DNA from: Octopus bimaculoides
Lineage: Eukaryota
Length of the DNA stretch: 34,537 bases
Direction: 5' to 3'
Assembly (NCBI RefSeq): GCF_001194135.2
Contig: NC_068985.1
Span: 125,823,267-125,857,803 of the forward strand
Part shown: piece by piece, positions 23,900 to 34,537 of the stretch
Numbering within the stretch: the stretch's first letter is position 1
Layout: each line of letters starts with the position of its first letter
Made by a program: the position numbers and the translations under genes
The notes under the pieces: model-generated
Told to the model about the DNA's origin: nothing
The model's input: the letters and a program-made list of their open reading frames with translations, nothing else
The model's database searches: none

Positions 23900-25880
23900 T
23901 GAAATTTGTGCGGTAACAACTTAGCTTTACCTATAACTTAATTTATTTTGTGTTAATACATTTCTGTTAATATGAGACTCTATATCTATATCACTGTTTG
24001 TTTTCATTTCGAATTGTAAGTTTATCAATGATATAATTCAGGTCAAGCTTGTAATTATTTGTGTCTATGTTACATTTGGAGTGGAATTTTTGCTTAATCA
24101 AGTAGACTACGTATTTGAAGTTTTCTGAGAATCAGCATTTTTCATTTGAGATTATGTATTTCAGTTTTACTGCTGAAACAACATTTATAAGTGTTTCAAT
24201 GTTTCTTCTGATCTAAAACATTATGTGTATAAATATTTTCTCTGAGTTAAGATATTCTCTGAATTAGATTTTCTACGCGTAGAGAAATTCGCACACATCA
24301 GAATTATTTTGATCTGAGATTTTCAGTTAATCAATTGTTTATTTCTGACTAAAGATCTATAGCGACTATAGTATAATCTCTGATCGGAGATTTTATGTGT
24401 CCATGCTATCTATCTCTTATCCGATAATTGTAATGATTGTGGGTCACTTACTTGTATAGAGCGTAGAATGCTCTTATGTATTAGTTATCGACCCCTGCTT
24501 TGCTACAATTCTATAAATGTTAACACCAAGAATAGATATTTCATAGAGTACGAATGCAGTTAGCTTAATTGCTATTTGTTATTATATGTAACTTTCTCTG
24601 CCAACGAACAGATAATATTTATTTTGATTTATCCATTAAAGGTATTAATTCTCACGAAATCTGAAAGTAAACTCTCCTGTTATTGTAGATTGTTTCCATT
24701 TCCTTTAACCGAGAACACTTAACGTACGCCATTATAGCCAGTGTAATTTCCTTCATATACAATATTACAAATGTGAAGCAGATTTTACGACGTTTCAAGA
24801 TAAATCGTTTTGCTGTTTTCATTTGCCTGTGGATGATTGAACTCAGATATCTTACGTAATATTTTTCAAATCGTGCCCAGAGAGGCACCAAACAACCAAC
24901 TAGTGTAATTTACATAGGTATCTTGATAGCATATCAAAAACATTTAAATTTTGAAGAGTGATATCCTTAAAAGTGGTACTATAGTATTGAAGGAACACTC
25001 GTACTGTCCTGAAGATTTAACCTGTTCTTGAAAGATTTTACTTTCATCAGAAACGACAGCTAAAGGACGATATGTATGCTCAGAGCCATGCTTGTAACTC
25101 TTTATTCTGATGTTATTCTGCATACAATTGTCATTATCTCTGTCTTCAATGGATCGATACTTCAATTAACTTCCACTGCCAAAAACTATAAAGAAACCAG
25201 AAGTTCATCAATATCATCAATAACACTTTACCTAAGATTGGTATATCTAATGCCATACTCCCCTGGGGTGGAGGCGCAATGGCCCAGTGGTTGGAGCAGC
25301 GGATTCGTGGTCATAGGATCGCGGTTTCGATTCCCAGACCGGGCGTTGTGAGTGTTTATTGAGCGAAAAAAAACACCTAAAAGCTCCACGAGGCTCCGGC
25401 AGGGGGTGGTGGTGAACCCTGCTGTACTCTTTCACCACAACTTTCTCTCACTCTTACTTCCTGTTTCTGCTCTGCCTGTAATTCAAAGGGCCTGCCTTGT
25501 CACACTGTGTCACGCTGAATATCCCCGAGAACTAAGTTAAGGGTACACGTGTTCTGTGGAGTGCTTAGCCACTTGCACCTTAATTTCACGAGCAGGCTGT
25601 TCCGTTGATCGGATCAACTGGAACCCTCGACGTCGTAAGCGACGGAGTGCCAACAACAATAAGTCTCCTGGGATCACATTCTTCATTATTTTGTCCAGTA
25701 TCGTATTAAATTTTGGTGGTTACATTACATATATTTGCATGATCCATGTATTTCCCAAAAAGAGTTTACAAAATGCTGCGGAGAGGATTGAAAGAAGTTC
25801 AGTTATTATTACATGTTAAAACTGTGGTAACACTAAAGCCAACTATCGAAAATTGTTAATTATTTACAACACGCAGAGAA
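23900..25880 (+). pseudogene. Candidate decayed LRR-containing class A GPCR (LGR, GRL101-like) pseudogene, split by a SINE
   Basis: Colinear remnants across several frames. LRR-like ETLYLYHC (23974), VSMLHLEWNF (24061), DLRFSVNQL (24311), LLCYNSI (24495) and RTLNVRHY (24712). Hinge DKSFCC (24799) and C-x9-C (24874-24906). TM1 end GTLVLS*R (24992). TM3 Cys (25073) through DRYF (25152). ILP (25255). TM5 VLN..YICM (25703). Confidence 0.55.
25271..25662 (+). mobile_element. SINE family B, full length with probable TSD
   Basis: A box at 25280-25290, B box at 25323-25334, tail CAACAACAATAA. Flanks TCCCCTGGG (25259-67) and TCTCCTGGG (25664-72) match at 8 of 9 positions. Confidence 0.92.
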
Positions 25881-27984
25881 AGAGAAGTTTTTACTCGAAG
25901 TAATATCACATGCGACAAAATTCCAATAAGATAATGACAAAATAGAAATAGGGAATCGAAATTTAAAGCCATTTAACCTGCACTAACTCATAAATCATAT
26001 GCAGACCAAACCTACTCAGAAGACATATCGGAATATAATGTTTTTCGTACAGAATCTATAAAGGACAAATAAGTCAAATTGCTGTTATAAATATGAATAA
26101 TCATCAATTTGGAAATGGATCAATTTGAAAACGGATCTCTTGAAGTATAAGGACGGCAATTAGATAATACATTACCTAATTGCCGTAACATGTAACAGAC
26201 ACCGGCTTACTACATTTTATCAAAATATGACAGGAAAGTTGCAATAATAGCAAAACTATATTTTTTTATTTTATAATCTCAGACAGAATTTATAAATTAA
26301 GCTTCTTTGTAGCCACAGATTTCCATGGACGTCACGCAATTATTGACAGAACATTTTTATTAATTTTTAATCCGAATTATAATAAATTACTCTTCCTCTC
26401 ATCATTTTTGGCTTCGAAATAGTAGCTTGATCTTGACACTATGTAGATGTTGTTTGATTATTCCTATACACAGCAATGTCTTCAGCCGGCAGAACACTAT
26501 TTTCTAATATTTTTGCTCGTTAAATTTCATCTGTGTTTATTAGATTACATACTTAGTAAACAATAAAATTTAGTAAATCCATTAGCACATCGGTCTTCAT
26601 TATCTATGAATTTATTCATCAATACCCACTAATGACATGTGTCAAGTAATTCAGCTAAAAGCACAAAATAGTGATATGCAAATGTAAAGTGTATACCTAA
26701 TGTTACATATACTTAGCTATATCATCTCCTTGTGACCTACTTTGATATGCGAAGTTTTGCATTCTGCTTTTGTGAATATTCTTAATTTTTAAAAAAGAAC
26801 TGCATATGCTTGTGGTTGTTTATTTAAATGCACGAACGCTAAAAAATTGTAAATAGAAATGAAATAAACGAACAAAAGCAATGGTCATTAAAAGAATACG
26901 TATAATTTGTTATTCAGTTGTTGCATCTTTTATTATTACTATTTTTTTAATTACAATCAATAAAACATATTTTAAATAAATAGAAGTAGAGAAGAAATTA
27001 GAAAAATAAATATTTCTAAGCGAAGGATTTTCGAAATAAATTGAAACTAAAATAATACATGAGTAATTATAATAGTAATAATTTCTATCTGATAGGTAAG
27101 AGCAGAAATTAAAGAAGGGAGGCGAAGTCGTGATATTCATGCCTTTTCCAAAGACATGAATATCATAGTTAAAGGAAAGAATTGCATCCAGGAATTAAAA
27201 CCATGTTGCAAGTGTCGATGCACTTACGTCAATTTCCGTAACATGGGGATTCACTCAATAACAATAATATTAGGTATCATAAAAAAAAATTGAAATAAGA
27301 AGGAACAGTTTGGAAAGAAATAGGAAGAGAGGAAGAAGTTGTAGAAAGTAGACAATGAGTTCGAAAACCAATGCAAGGGTTTATAACAAAAAATAATATT
27401 TGACTACGCCATAAAACTGCGTTGAAGGTCAGCGATGCATTTTGGCAGTGACCAGTTTATCGGTTTCCCATTTGGTTCATAGCATTGTTACCCTGATAAT
27501 GTTTAAAGATCGTGTTTTTTTTTAATTTTTTATGTTTATTCTGTATATATGTATATATATATATATATATATATTGTTTTAATTTAATTTTGTTTCTCCA
27601 TTTATATCTTAATCTTTTGTTTGTTCGTCAAAATAGGAAAGAAGTTCTGGCCGGCAATCAATCAGATGAGGACTGGTTTAAGGATGTGTTTACTTTCATT
27701 GAAGAATCTCGCTGAATCTGAAATGCAAAGAGATAAATGAGTTTTGGAATTATATTGTAAAAACATGGGGTAATATGTTGAAAGAATTGATTAAATGACA
27801 AGCAAAATACTTCTACGTTTCGAATCAGGTGAGATACTAATCATCAAATCCTAGAATCGTCGACTTCGTCTTTTATCGTTAAGTGGTCGAAAAATAATTA
27901 CCAATTAAATACGGAGTTCTATTTAAACGACTACACACTTCTTAAACGATTATTCTTATGTCTATATAATAAATCATTATGATA

Positions 27985-28177
27985 ATTATTGGTTTCAGAT
28001 TTTGGCACAAGGTTAGTAATTTCAGGTAAGTCTATTAAATCAACACCAGGGCTCAAATGGTATTTATGTTATCGCCCCTGAAAAGATGAAAGGTATAGCC
28101 AACCTCGGCAGAATTTGAACTGAGAATGTAAAAGACGGACGAAATGCGTGCTAATGATGCTGCAAGCTTACCACCTT
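27985..28177 (-). mobile_element. SINE family C, degraded
   Basis: Reverse complement is similar to 28206-28425 (CATTCT.AGTTCAAATTCTG.CGA.GTT..CT...C.TTTCAT). Confidence 0.7.
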
Positions 28178-28205
28178 AATCATTATTTTAATTCCCGAGA
28201 AAAAT

Positions 28206-28425
28206 GTGACGAGCTAATAGAATCATTAATGAGTAGCACAAACTGTTTAGCGGCATTTCCTCTAACACTTTGCATTCTGAGTTCAAATTCTGTCGATGTT
28301 GACTTTGCTTTTCATTGTTTTCGAAGTCGATAAAATAAGTACCAGTAGAGCACTGGGTCGATGTAAGCGACTTAGCCCATCCACTCAAAATTTCAGTCCC
28401 TATGTTTATAGTAGAAAGAATTATC
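28206..28425 (+). mobile_element. SINE family C, degraded
   Basis: B-box-like GAGTTCAAATTC, followed by GTCGATAAAATAAGTACCAG..GCACTGGGTCGATGTAAGCGACTTA. Confidence 0.72.
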
Positions 28426-28540
28426 ATAATTATTAAATACATTTAAAGCTAATTGATTGCTGATCGTGGAATTGTCAGTGTTTTATGGTTACATACAGGC
28501 TTTCATTGCCAGAATTTCGAGAAAACAGTATAATAATATG

Positions 28541-29433
28541 TAGGGTGTTCGGGCTAAATTTGACAACATTTTTTGTCTTCTTTTTCTTTCAGGAATAGCA
28601 GATGTATTGATGAATAGTCATTGGCGTTGGAGAAAATATAAAGATTAAAGTTGTAGTTGAGAAAAAAGCTGATATGGAGGACTGGAAGCTATCTGAATAT
28701 TGAAAAACAATTACTTGCATCATTATGATTCACGCCGGTTATCAAAACGCCGACATCATGGCTGCCGCCTAATACTTCGTGAACGCTAACAAGGCTGTAA
28801 GATGTTACATGGACACCTGCAACGGAGACATCGAAACGGTGACCAGCAGGAGGGAACACGGCCAGTATTCTGACAGCGTCCGTGCGGCGGAGTTCATCAC
28901 TACGTTTTTGAAGAGAGCCTTAAGCTCAATTTAGACGGCTATGGGAATCTGTTAATGACTGTGACCAAACCCTGGCTGGAGAGGGTTGCTTCTGGAAGGC
29001 CACATGTGTGACAGCAGGATTCAGCTCTTTGCTATACCCAGAAAAGAGGCGGAAATGAATGTCGGAGAATTTCTATGACTTCACCAGACTCACCTTCTGG
29101 CTTCCTAATTCCTTCGATTGTAGTACCATGAATTGTTATGTGAGGAGCGCAGTTGACAAAGACACTAAAGCTCTACCTGCAACATTAAGGCTGATTCAGT
29201 GGTCAAGATCAAGGAGGTGCTCTAAGATATCCCCAGGGACACAGTGAGGAACATATGCGCCAGGGCTCTGGAGTCGTCTTCAGGCCGTGGCGATAGCTGG
29301 GCACAGCTACTTTGAGTAAACTATCTCCTAGCCATAATCTAGTTGATATTTTTGATCTTTTTAAAATACTTTTATTTTTCGACGATGTTTTTTTTCCTTG
29401 TATGCGAACTGTCAACGTTCCTCGAACTCCCTG
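28541..29433 (+). mobile_element. Tc1/mariner superfamily element, maT (DD37D)-like, internally deleted
   Basis: Degenerate TIRs: TAGGGTGTTCGGGCTAAATTTGACA on the left and CAGGGAGTTCGAGGAACGTTGACA (reverse complement) on the right, with TA at 29434. ATG at 28674; KPWLERVASGRPHV*QQDS...SENFYDF...FWLPNSFDCSTMNCYV resembles QQD...WPPNSPD.NP.DY; stop at 29317-19. The DD37D assignment is inferred from a reconstructed spacing. Confidence 0.8.
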
Positions 29434-30176
29434 TATACTGGAAATCAATGAAGTCAATCATAAACTTCCCTCGCATATTCCTCATCCCTCAACGCATTAA
29501 GTTCAAAACTACATAGATTCTTCTTTGTATTTCATCTTCTTGGAGTCGAATAAGTACTAGCAATGCAATACTGTCAATTCAAACAACTATGTTTCTTCAT
29601 TAAAGAGAAAGGCTTTGAGCATATGGAAGTTTATTATCAAAGACGTAATCGATATAGATGTAGTGAAATGGCTACAACCTAGAATCGAAGCCAACTCGCA
29701 GTGTTCCTATCCTCTTTAACTGCATAACTTACTGTTTTTTATACAGGACAATGTGAGACGTATTTCTTTCTATCATCCTACTCATTATCATAAAGGTCTG
29801 TAAACTTCCAGAAACACCGCAAGCACTTTTCTAAGATGGACTATTTTGTGTAACTTCAAATCAATTGTTGTTGAGCAGACATGTGATCAAAGACACTTAA
29901 ATTATAACCCTCTTTTTTCTACGATTAACTAGGACTACACTATTTCATGTGGTCTTTCTTATATAATACGATGGAGTGTGGTTCGAAGAAGATTTGGCTG
30001 ATATCTGTAGTTGATAATACAACTACTTCGATGCTTCCTCTTTGTAATATACTAACATCAATTCAGCGTAAGAGAAACAGTGAAAGTCTGCTTCCGTTGT
30101 TGTTAACCTTACTATTAAACTTTTCTTAGATTACCAAAGCAGTAGTTACTGTTTCCCTCCCTTACTTCACGTGATT

Positions 30177-30275
30177 TACATCATCATCATCATCATCATC
30201 ATACTCATCGTCGTCATCATCTTAATCATTGTCGCCGTCGTCGTTGTCGTCACTATCATCATCATCGTTACCATT
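30177..30275. repeat. (CAT)n/(CGT)n trinucleotide microsatellite
   Basis: Direct inspection. Confidence 0.93.
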
Positions 30276-30917
30276 GTATTTTGTTGATTTGGGACCTACA
30301 TAGGATTTATTGCGGCCTGCTTCGATTCTTCAACTTGCCATCTATCCTAAATTTTTATCCATCTTTATCCAAATTCACTAATCTACAAATTCTAGTCTAC
30401 TAATCTAACATACTAAGTTAATTTTCTCACAATGATATTCAGTTGCATCAGCTGCATCATGTCCGATGTATTAACTAAAACTCGAAGTTCTAACATGTAT
30501 GGGTTTTGTGATGTTTCTAAATCTAAGTGACTGTAAATATATAAATATAAGAAATGGAAAGCTTTCATTTTAAAACAATGAAATAAATAAAGAAATTTCA
30601 AGGAGCGAAATTGAGAGAAAGAGGGAGACAGACAGAGAAAGAAAGAAATCAAATGTCTCACCATTTCTTTAGATTACTCAGTCTTTGCAAGTCTCTCTGC
30701 TGCAAATTGGATCAGTTTTTGAGCCAGAATTGAACGTCTGATGTCGTCACTTGATATGTCACTACGTTTTTTCTTGCCACTAAAATCGTAAGCAAAACTA
30801 AGTGTAAAGAAACCAATGTAGGGAAAAATGTCTTGTTACTAAAATTTTATCAAATTAAGTGGAAAGATCTTGCCAGTAATTAATTTTAACTTTTTCAAAT
30901 CAAAAGCTGTTAGAAAG

Positions 30918-30926
30918 GTGTGTGTG

Positions 30927-30978
<52 letters not shown>
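30918..30978. repeat. (TG)n microsatellite
   Basis: Direct inspection. Confidence 0.96.
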
Positions 30979-30979
<1 letters not shown>

Positions 30980-31299
30980 ACTCACCTGAAAAACATCACA
31001 GTGCAGCATCTCTTTTCTTAAATATAATTAACTGTTAAAGCTAAGATTACAAATTTATTACCAATTTATAACTGCGTAACTAAGATCATGTTTAATAGCT
31101 TACAAACGAAATCGAAACCGTATCATGAATTAGGAACATTAAAAATTTGATTATTATCGATAAAAAAAAAACACTCGATATTGTTCAATTTTATAATCGT
31201 TATAGTTCCCTGGATCACTTTCCTGTTATTTGTGAAGGAAGGTCTTTGCCTTAAGTTATAGAAGCTCACCTGTAAAAGGGATATTAACTTACCCCTTCC

Positions 31300-31600
31300 C
31301 TCAGGTGACTCGAGATAACATATTGGACAAATGGTAGCAATCTATCTTGGCTACTCAGCTAGGTTTATCCTGAATTCTAAAGCCAGACAAAACTGTTGGA
31401 AAACTGTTATATATTCCCTTCGGGTGTGGATTGAGGATGGTGGCTGCTCTCAATATATTATTGGTAAATTACTATCAAGACACTAAGTACGGCATTAGAC
31501 CAATTCTCACTCAATTCTCCTGATGCAATAGAATATCCTTGTACTGCATAAAACTGGAGCACTAATAGATTTAATTGTCCTTCGCGTCCTTCATAGTAGG
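31300..31600 (-). mobile_element. Possible very old CR1/L2-like RT fragment
   Basis: Minus strand has SGELSENWSNAVLSVL, resembling SG.LP..W..A.V.PI, and downstream VLSGFR, resembling Q.GFR. Only short motifs support this. Confidence 0.3.
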
Positions 31601-33376
31601 TCTGCTTACATCAACATAGCACAAGCAGTAGCAGCGATCGACGGATGCTCTATTTTTGTTTTTCAAAGGCTTTTATTCGGCCGATTTGATAACGGTTTAC
31701 TTTTAAAAAGAAATGCAAAAGTATGACATGAAATAGAACCTACATTGCCAGCGTAACTTGCCAATTTTCGACTATCGTGTACAAAACTTCTGTATGATTT
31801 GCTATAATTTATGTAAGTTCATTTTCATTTTTTTGGTGATAGCTGATGACCTTGTGGATGAGGTATTAACATATGATCATAATTTCTGACTTCAATTCCT
31901 GAATCGGACAACATATGTCTTTGATGAGCAAAAGCTATTCAGTTGTTATGAGTACCAGCTGCATGCTAGTGCAATCCTCTCTTTTACTCCAGCTGTCACA
32001 TCCCGGTTATTCCACCAGGTTAAGAATGAGAGGATTCCTTAAAGGGCTTCCCTGACTGCTCGTGACAACCTAGGCACCGAAGTCGATTAGCACAAGCATG
32101 AATTACGTTACCAAGTCTTACTCGCACGTGAATGACAACTGGTTACGTTCTATGTTGCTGTTGCTGCTGCAACTTAATGTCAACCCTGATCGAACAGATC
32201 TTATCCGATGATAAGACGTGCTCCAGCATATGATTTTTTTCTAGATACAATATATCTAGGACAGTATTATCCAATGTGTTAGAAAGGCTTCATTTAAGGG
32301 AGATTTTGTTACTATTTCTGACTTTATTTCCTTATTGTAAAGATTTTTGATACAGTGTTTCGCAATTTGTTTCCAGAGCTCGTTCAAAAATTACAGCTCA
32401 TGGTGGAGATTTGAATAGCGTATATTATATTTTCTATTATATATATATAATTTATTAAAATCGCTATATGTCAGATCAGATGTGCAAGAAAAAAAAATTT
32501 ACATTATTGAAACAATATATTTTTTGCTTCGTGCCATATTGAAAATCGTGATCAACATTTCATGAAAATTGCTGGCAAGTATACATTGTTGTTCAATGAG
32601 TTATCATAGTGAATAGCGAGAAATTCTATTAAATTGAAGAGATTTCGGCTAGCTTTCAATATTGAGTTAAAATAAATCTACACTAGTTTAGCTGAGGGAA
32701 CTATAACACTCTTACGGGTGATTGAGCTAACATTGAATGTCTCACTAAGAGAACAACTGATAGAAAACGATCGACTGTAGTACGGATTATAGAAATAATC
32801 ACGCACAATATAAAATATGACTATAAAATTATATACTATATAATATATGATATATTAGTATAAAATATATATATGTTATATTAATATACAATATACATCA
32901 TTATATATATCCGATTGGTTTGTTGCGAAACCCTTTAAAGTTTTCTATCTTAACTAAATATACATTGCAAAACAGAGTAACTAATATTCGGGTAGTAGAG
33001 AAGATGTATGAAATCAGCATTGAGATATTCGGCTTGTCAATTTTCCGAAAACGATTGAAATACAAGTGATCGAAAACAGTTGCTCATTAGAAAAATTAAA
33101 CATTGATCAAAGTACAACAATTAATCGAATTATAAATAAATATTCGAAATATAGAAAATAGCTTAAAGGAAAATAGATTTTAATTTTTATTGCTATGCAA
33201 TATATAATCTCAAGTTATGAATGATTGCAAATATATGAGTGTATGTGTGTGTACCTGTCATGTTTATATTTAACAGTCTTGAACACTAGTTTCTAACTTG
33301 TAAACATCAGCATAACAAGCTCAGACACAAATATAAGAAATAATTTTACATTATATTGTAATGTTTATAGTAAATT

Positions 33377-33470
33377 AGATATGAGATATTAATATAATTA
33401 TACATACATACATACATACATGCATATATATATTTATATGTATGTATAATTATATTAATATCTCATATCT
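33377..33470. repeat. Perfect 34-bp inverted repeat with a 26-nt spacer
   Basis: AGATATGAGATATTAATATAATTATACATACATA (33377-33410) and its exact reverse complement (33437-33470). Confidence 0.95.
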
Positions 33471-33610
33471 CATAAATTTAAATGTTCAAGTGAAACTGAC
33501 GGTTTTGTATGTCCTTAAATGGCCGACAAGCATCTTCCACGCAGCAATTGTTTTTTGTTTCAGCACACGATCTTAGATCAAGTTACTTGCAATGCAGGTA
33601 CATCTCCGTA

Positions 33611-33611
<1 letters not shown>

Positions 33612-33684
<73 letters not shown>

Positions 33685-33695
33685 GTGCGTGTGTG
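33612..33695. repeat. (TG)n microsatellite
   Basis: Direct inspection. Confidence 0.96.
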
Positions 33696-34045
33696 TCCTC
33701 AGGCGTATTTTGTAATATAGATTCGTGCTTCTGTAAGTGTATGTTTACATGTGAATTTTTATATTTGAGGATACGTCTGCCAATGTTTGTATATTCTTGT
33801 GTTTGTATGTAACTGTCAGATCGCGTGTTTCTGTGCGTTCGACTGCGTTTTGAAATGCTTTTCGTAAATTTGGCATTCAACAATGGAGAGTACTAGATTT
33901 TTAAAACGTCAAGTGATAATTGATATTTTTGAATCACTTGGTCAGCAAATAATACATATTTAGAGAATAATAATTAAAAACAAAAATAAAGTTAAATGTT
34001 GAAAGCATGTCACATAAGCAAGAAAACCTGAACTATAAATTAACA

Positions 34046-34074
34046 AGGATGACGATAATGATGACAATGATGAC

Positions 34075-34109
<35 letters not shown>

Positions 34110-34136
34110 GGAGGAGGAGGAGGAGGAGGAGGAGGA
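34046..34136. repeat. (GAT)n(GAG)n compound trinucleotide repeat
   Basis: Direct inspection. Confidence 0.95.
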
Positions 34137-34261
34137 TAGCTATGACGAAATCTAAGATGTGTGACGGGAATGCAGTAAGACGTAAATAAATATATCCGAA
34201 AAGTCATTAGAAATATATACAGAAGATACATAATAACGAAATACATAAAAAACAACACTTC

Positions 34262-34501
34262 ATAATGATAAATACATTGAAGTATATAGAAACATAAACA
34301 TTTAATAATGAGGAATATTTAACATAGACATTTAATAATGAGAAATATTTAAACATAGAGAAATATATATCAAACAATGAAAAATACATTTAAGTATATA
34401 GAAATACATTTACATTTAACAACGAGAAATACATTTAAGCATATAGAAATATATGTAATATGAAAAATACATTTAAACATATAAAAAGACATATATATAC
34501 A

Positions 34502-34537
<36 letters not shown>
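34262..34537. repeat. Degenerate AT-rich minisatellite (about 6 units of 30-45 bp) followed by (TACA)n
   Basis: Recurring core AATGA.AAATACATTTAAG.ATATAGAAA. Confidence 0.75.

Noticed and set aside
25030-25052. CTGATGA on the minus strand as a second hammerhead
   Set aside because: No GAAA core or stem I partner follows it.
24944-25165. Minus-strand ORF with PLLRI and GQYEC, resembling a Polinton penton or Ig domain
   Set aside because: The flanking residues do not continue either pattern, and the plus-strand GPCR motif series explains the region better. It is not formally excluded.
27805-27850. TTGATGA...GAAACGTA on the minus strand
   Set aside because: The core is mutated and there is no stem I pairing.
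12806-28425. tRNA genes at the A/B-box-containing segments
   Set aside because: They are followed by repeated SINE bodies, and I could not build full cloverleaves.
34040-34153. Acidic poly-D/E C-terminal exon (DDD...EEEDSYDEI*)
   Set aside because: An in-frame stop lies just upstream and there is no pyrimidine-rich acceptor; a (GAT)n(GAG)n slippage array explains it.

Overview
Eukaryotic, AT-rich, repeat-saturated non-genic DNA. The microsatellite density and tRNA-derived SINE families look like a coleoid cephalopod, probably Octopus; this is an inference from recalled repeat families, not proven. I find no intact protein-coding gene, and most ORFs in the track are microsatellite read-throughs (poly-CV/HT). 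The window is a transposon graveyard. It holds fragments of Hero-like, RTE, CR1/L2-like and two R4/Dong-like LINEs, Gypsy RNase H, integrase and LTR pieces, a Helitron helicase fragment, hAT/Buster ends, two mariners, a maT-like (DD37D) element, and three SINE families. There are two N gaps. The best non-obvious signals are four. (1) A heavily decayed, apparently intronless LRR-containing GPCR (GRL101/LGR-type) pseudogene at about 23.9-25.9 kb, split by a SINE and absent as a recognisable protein from the ORF track. (2) A minimal type I hammerhead ribozyme fold at 4842-4884 (-). (3) Two long near-perfect palindromes. (4) A rearranged Gypsy/Buster mosaic at 4.1-7.0 kb. All translations and alignments were done by eye.
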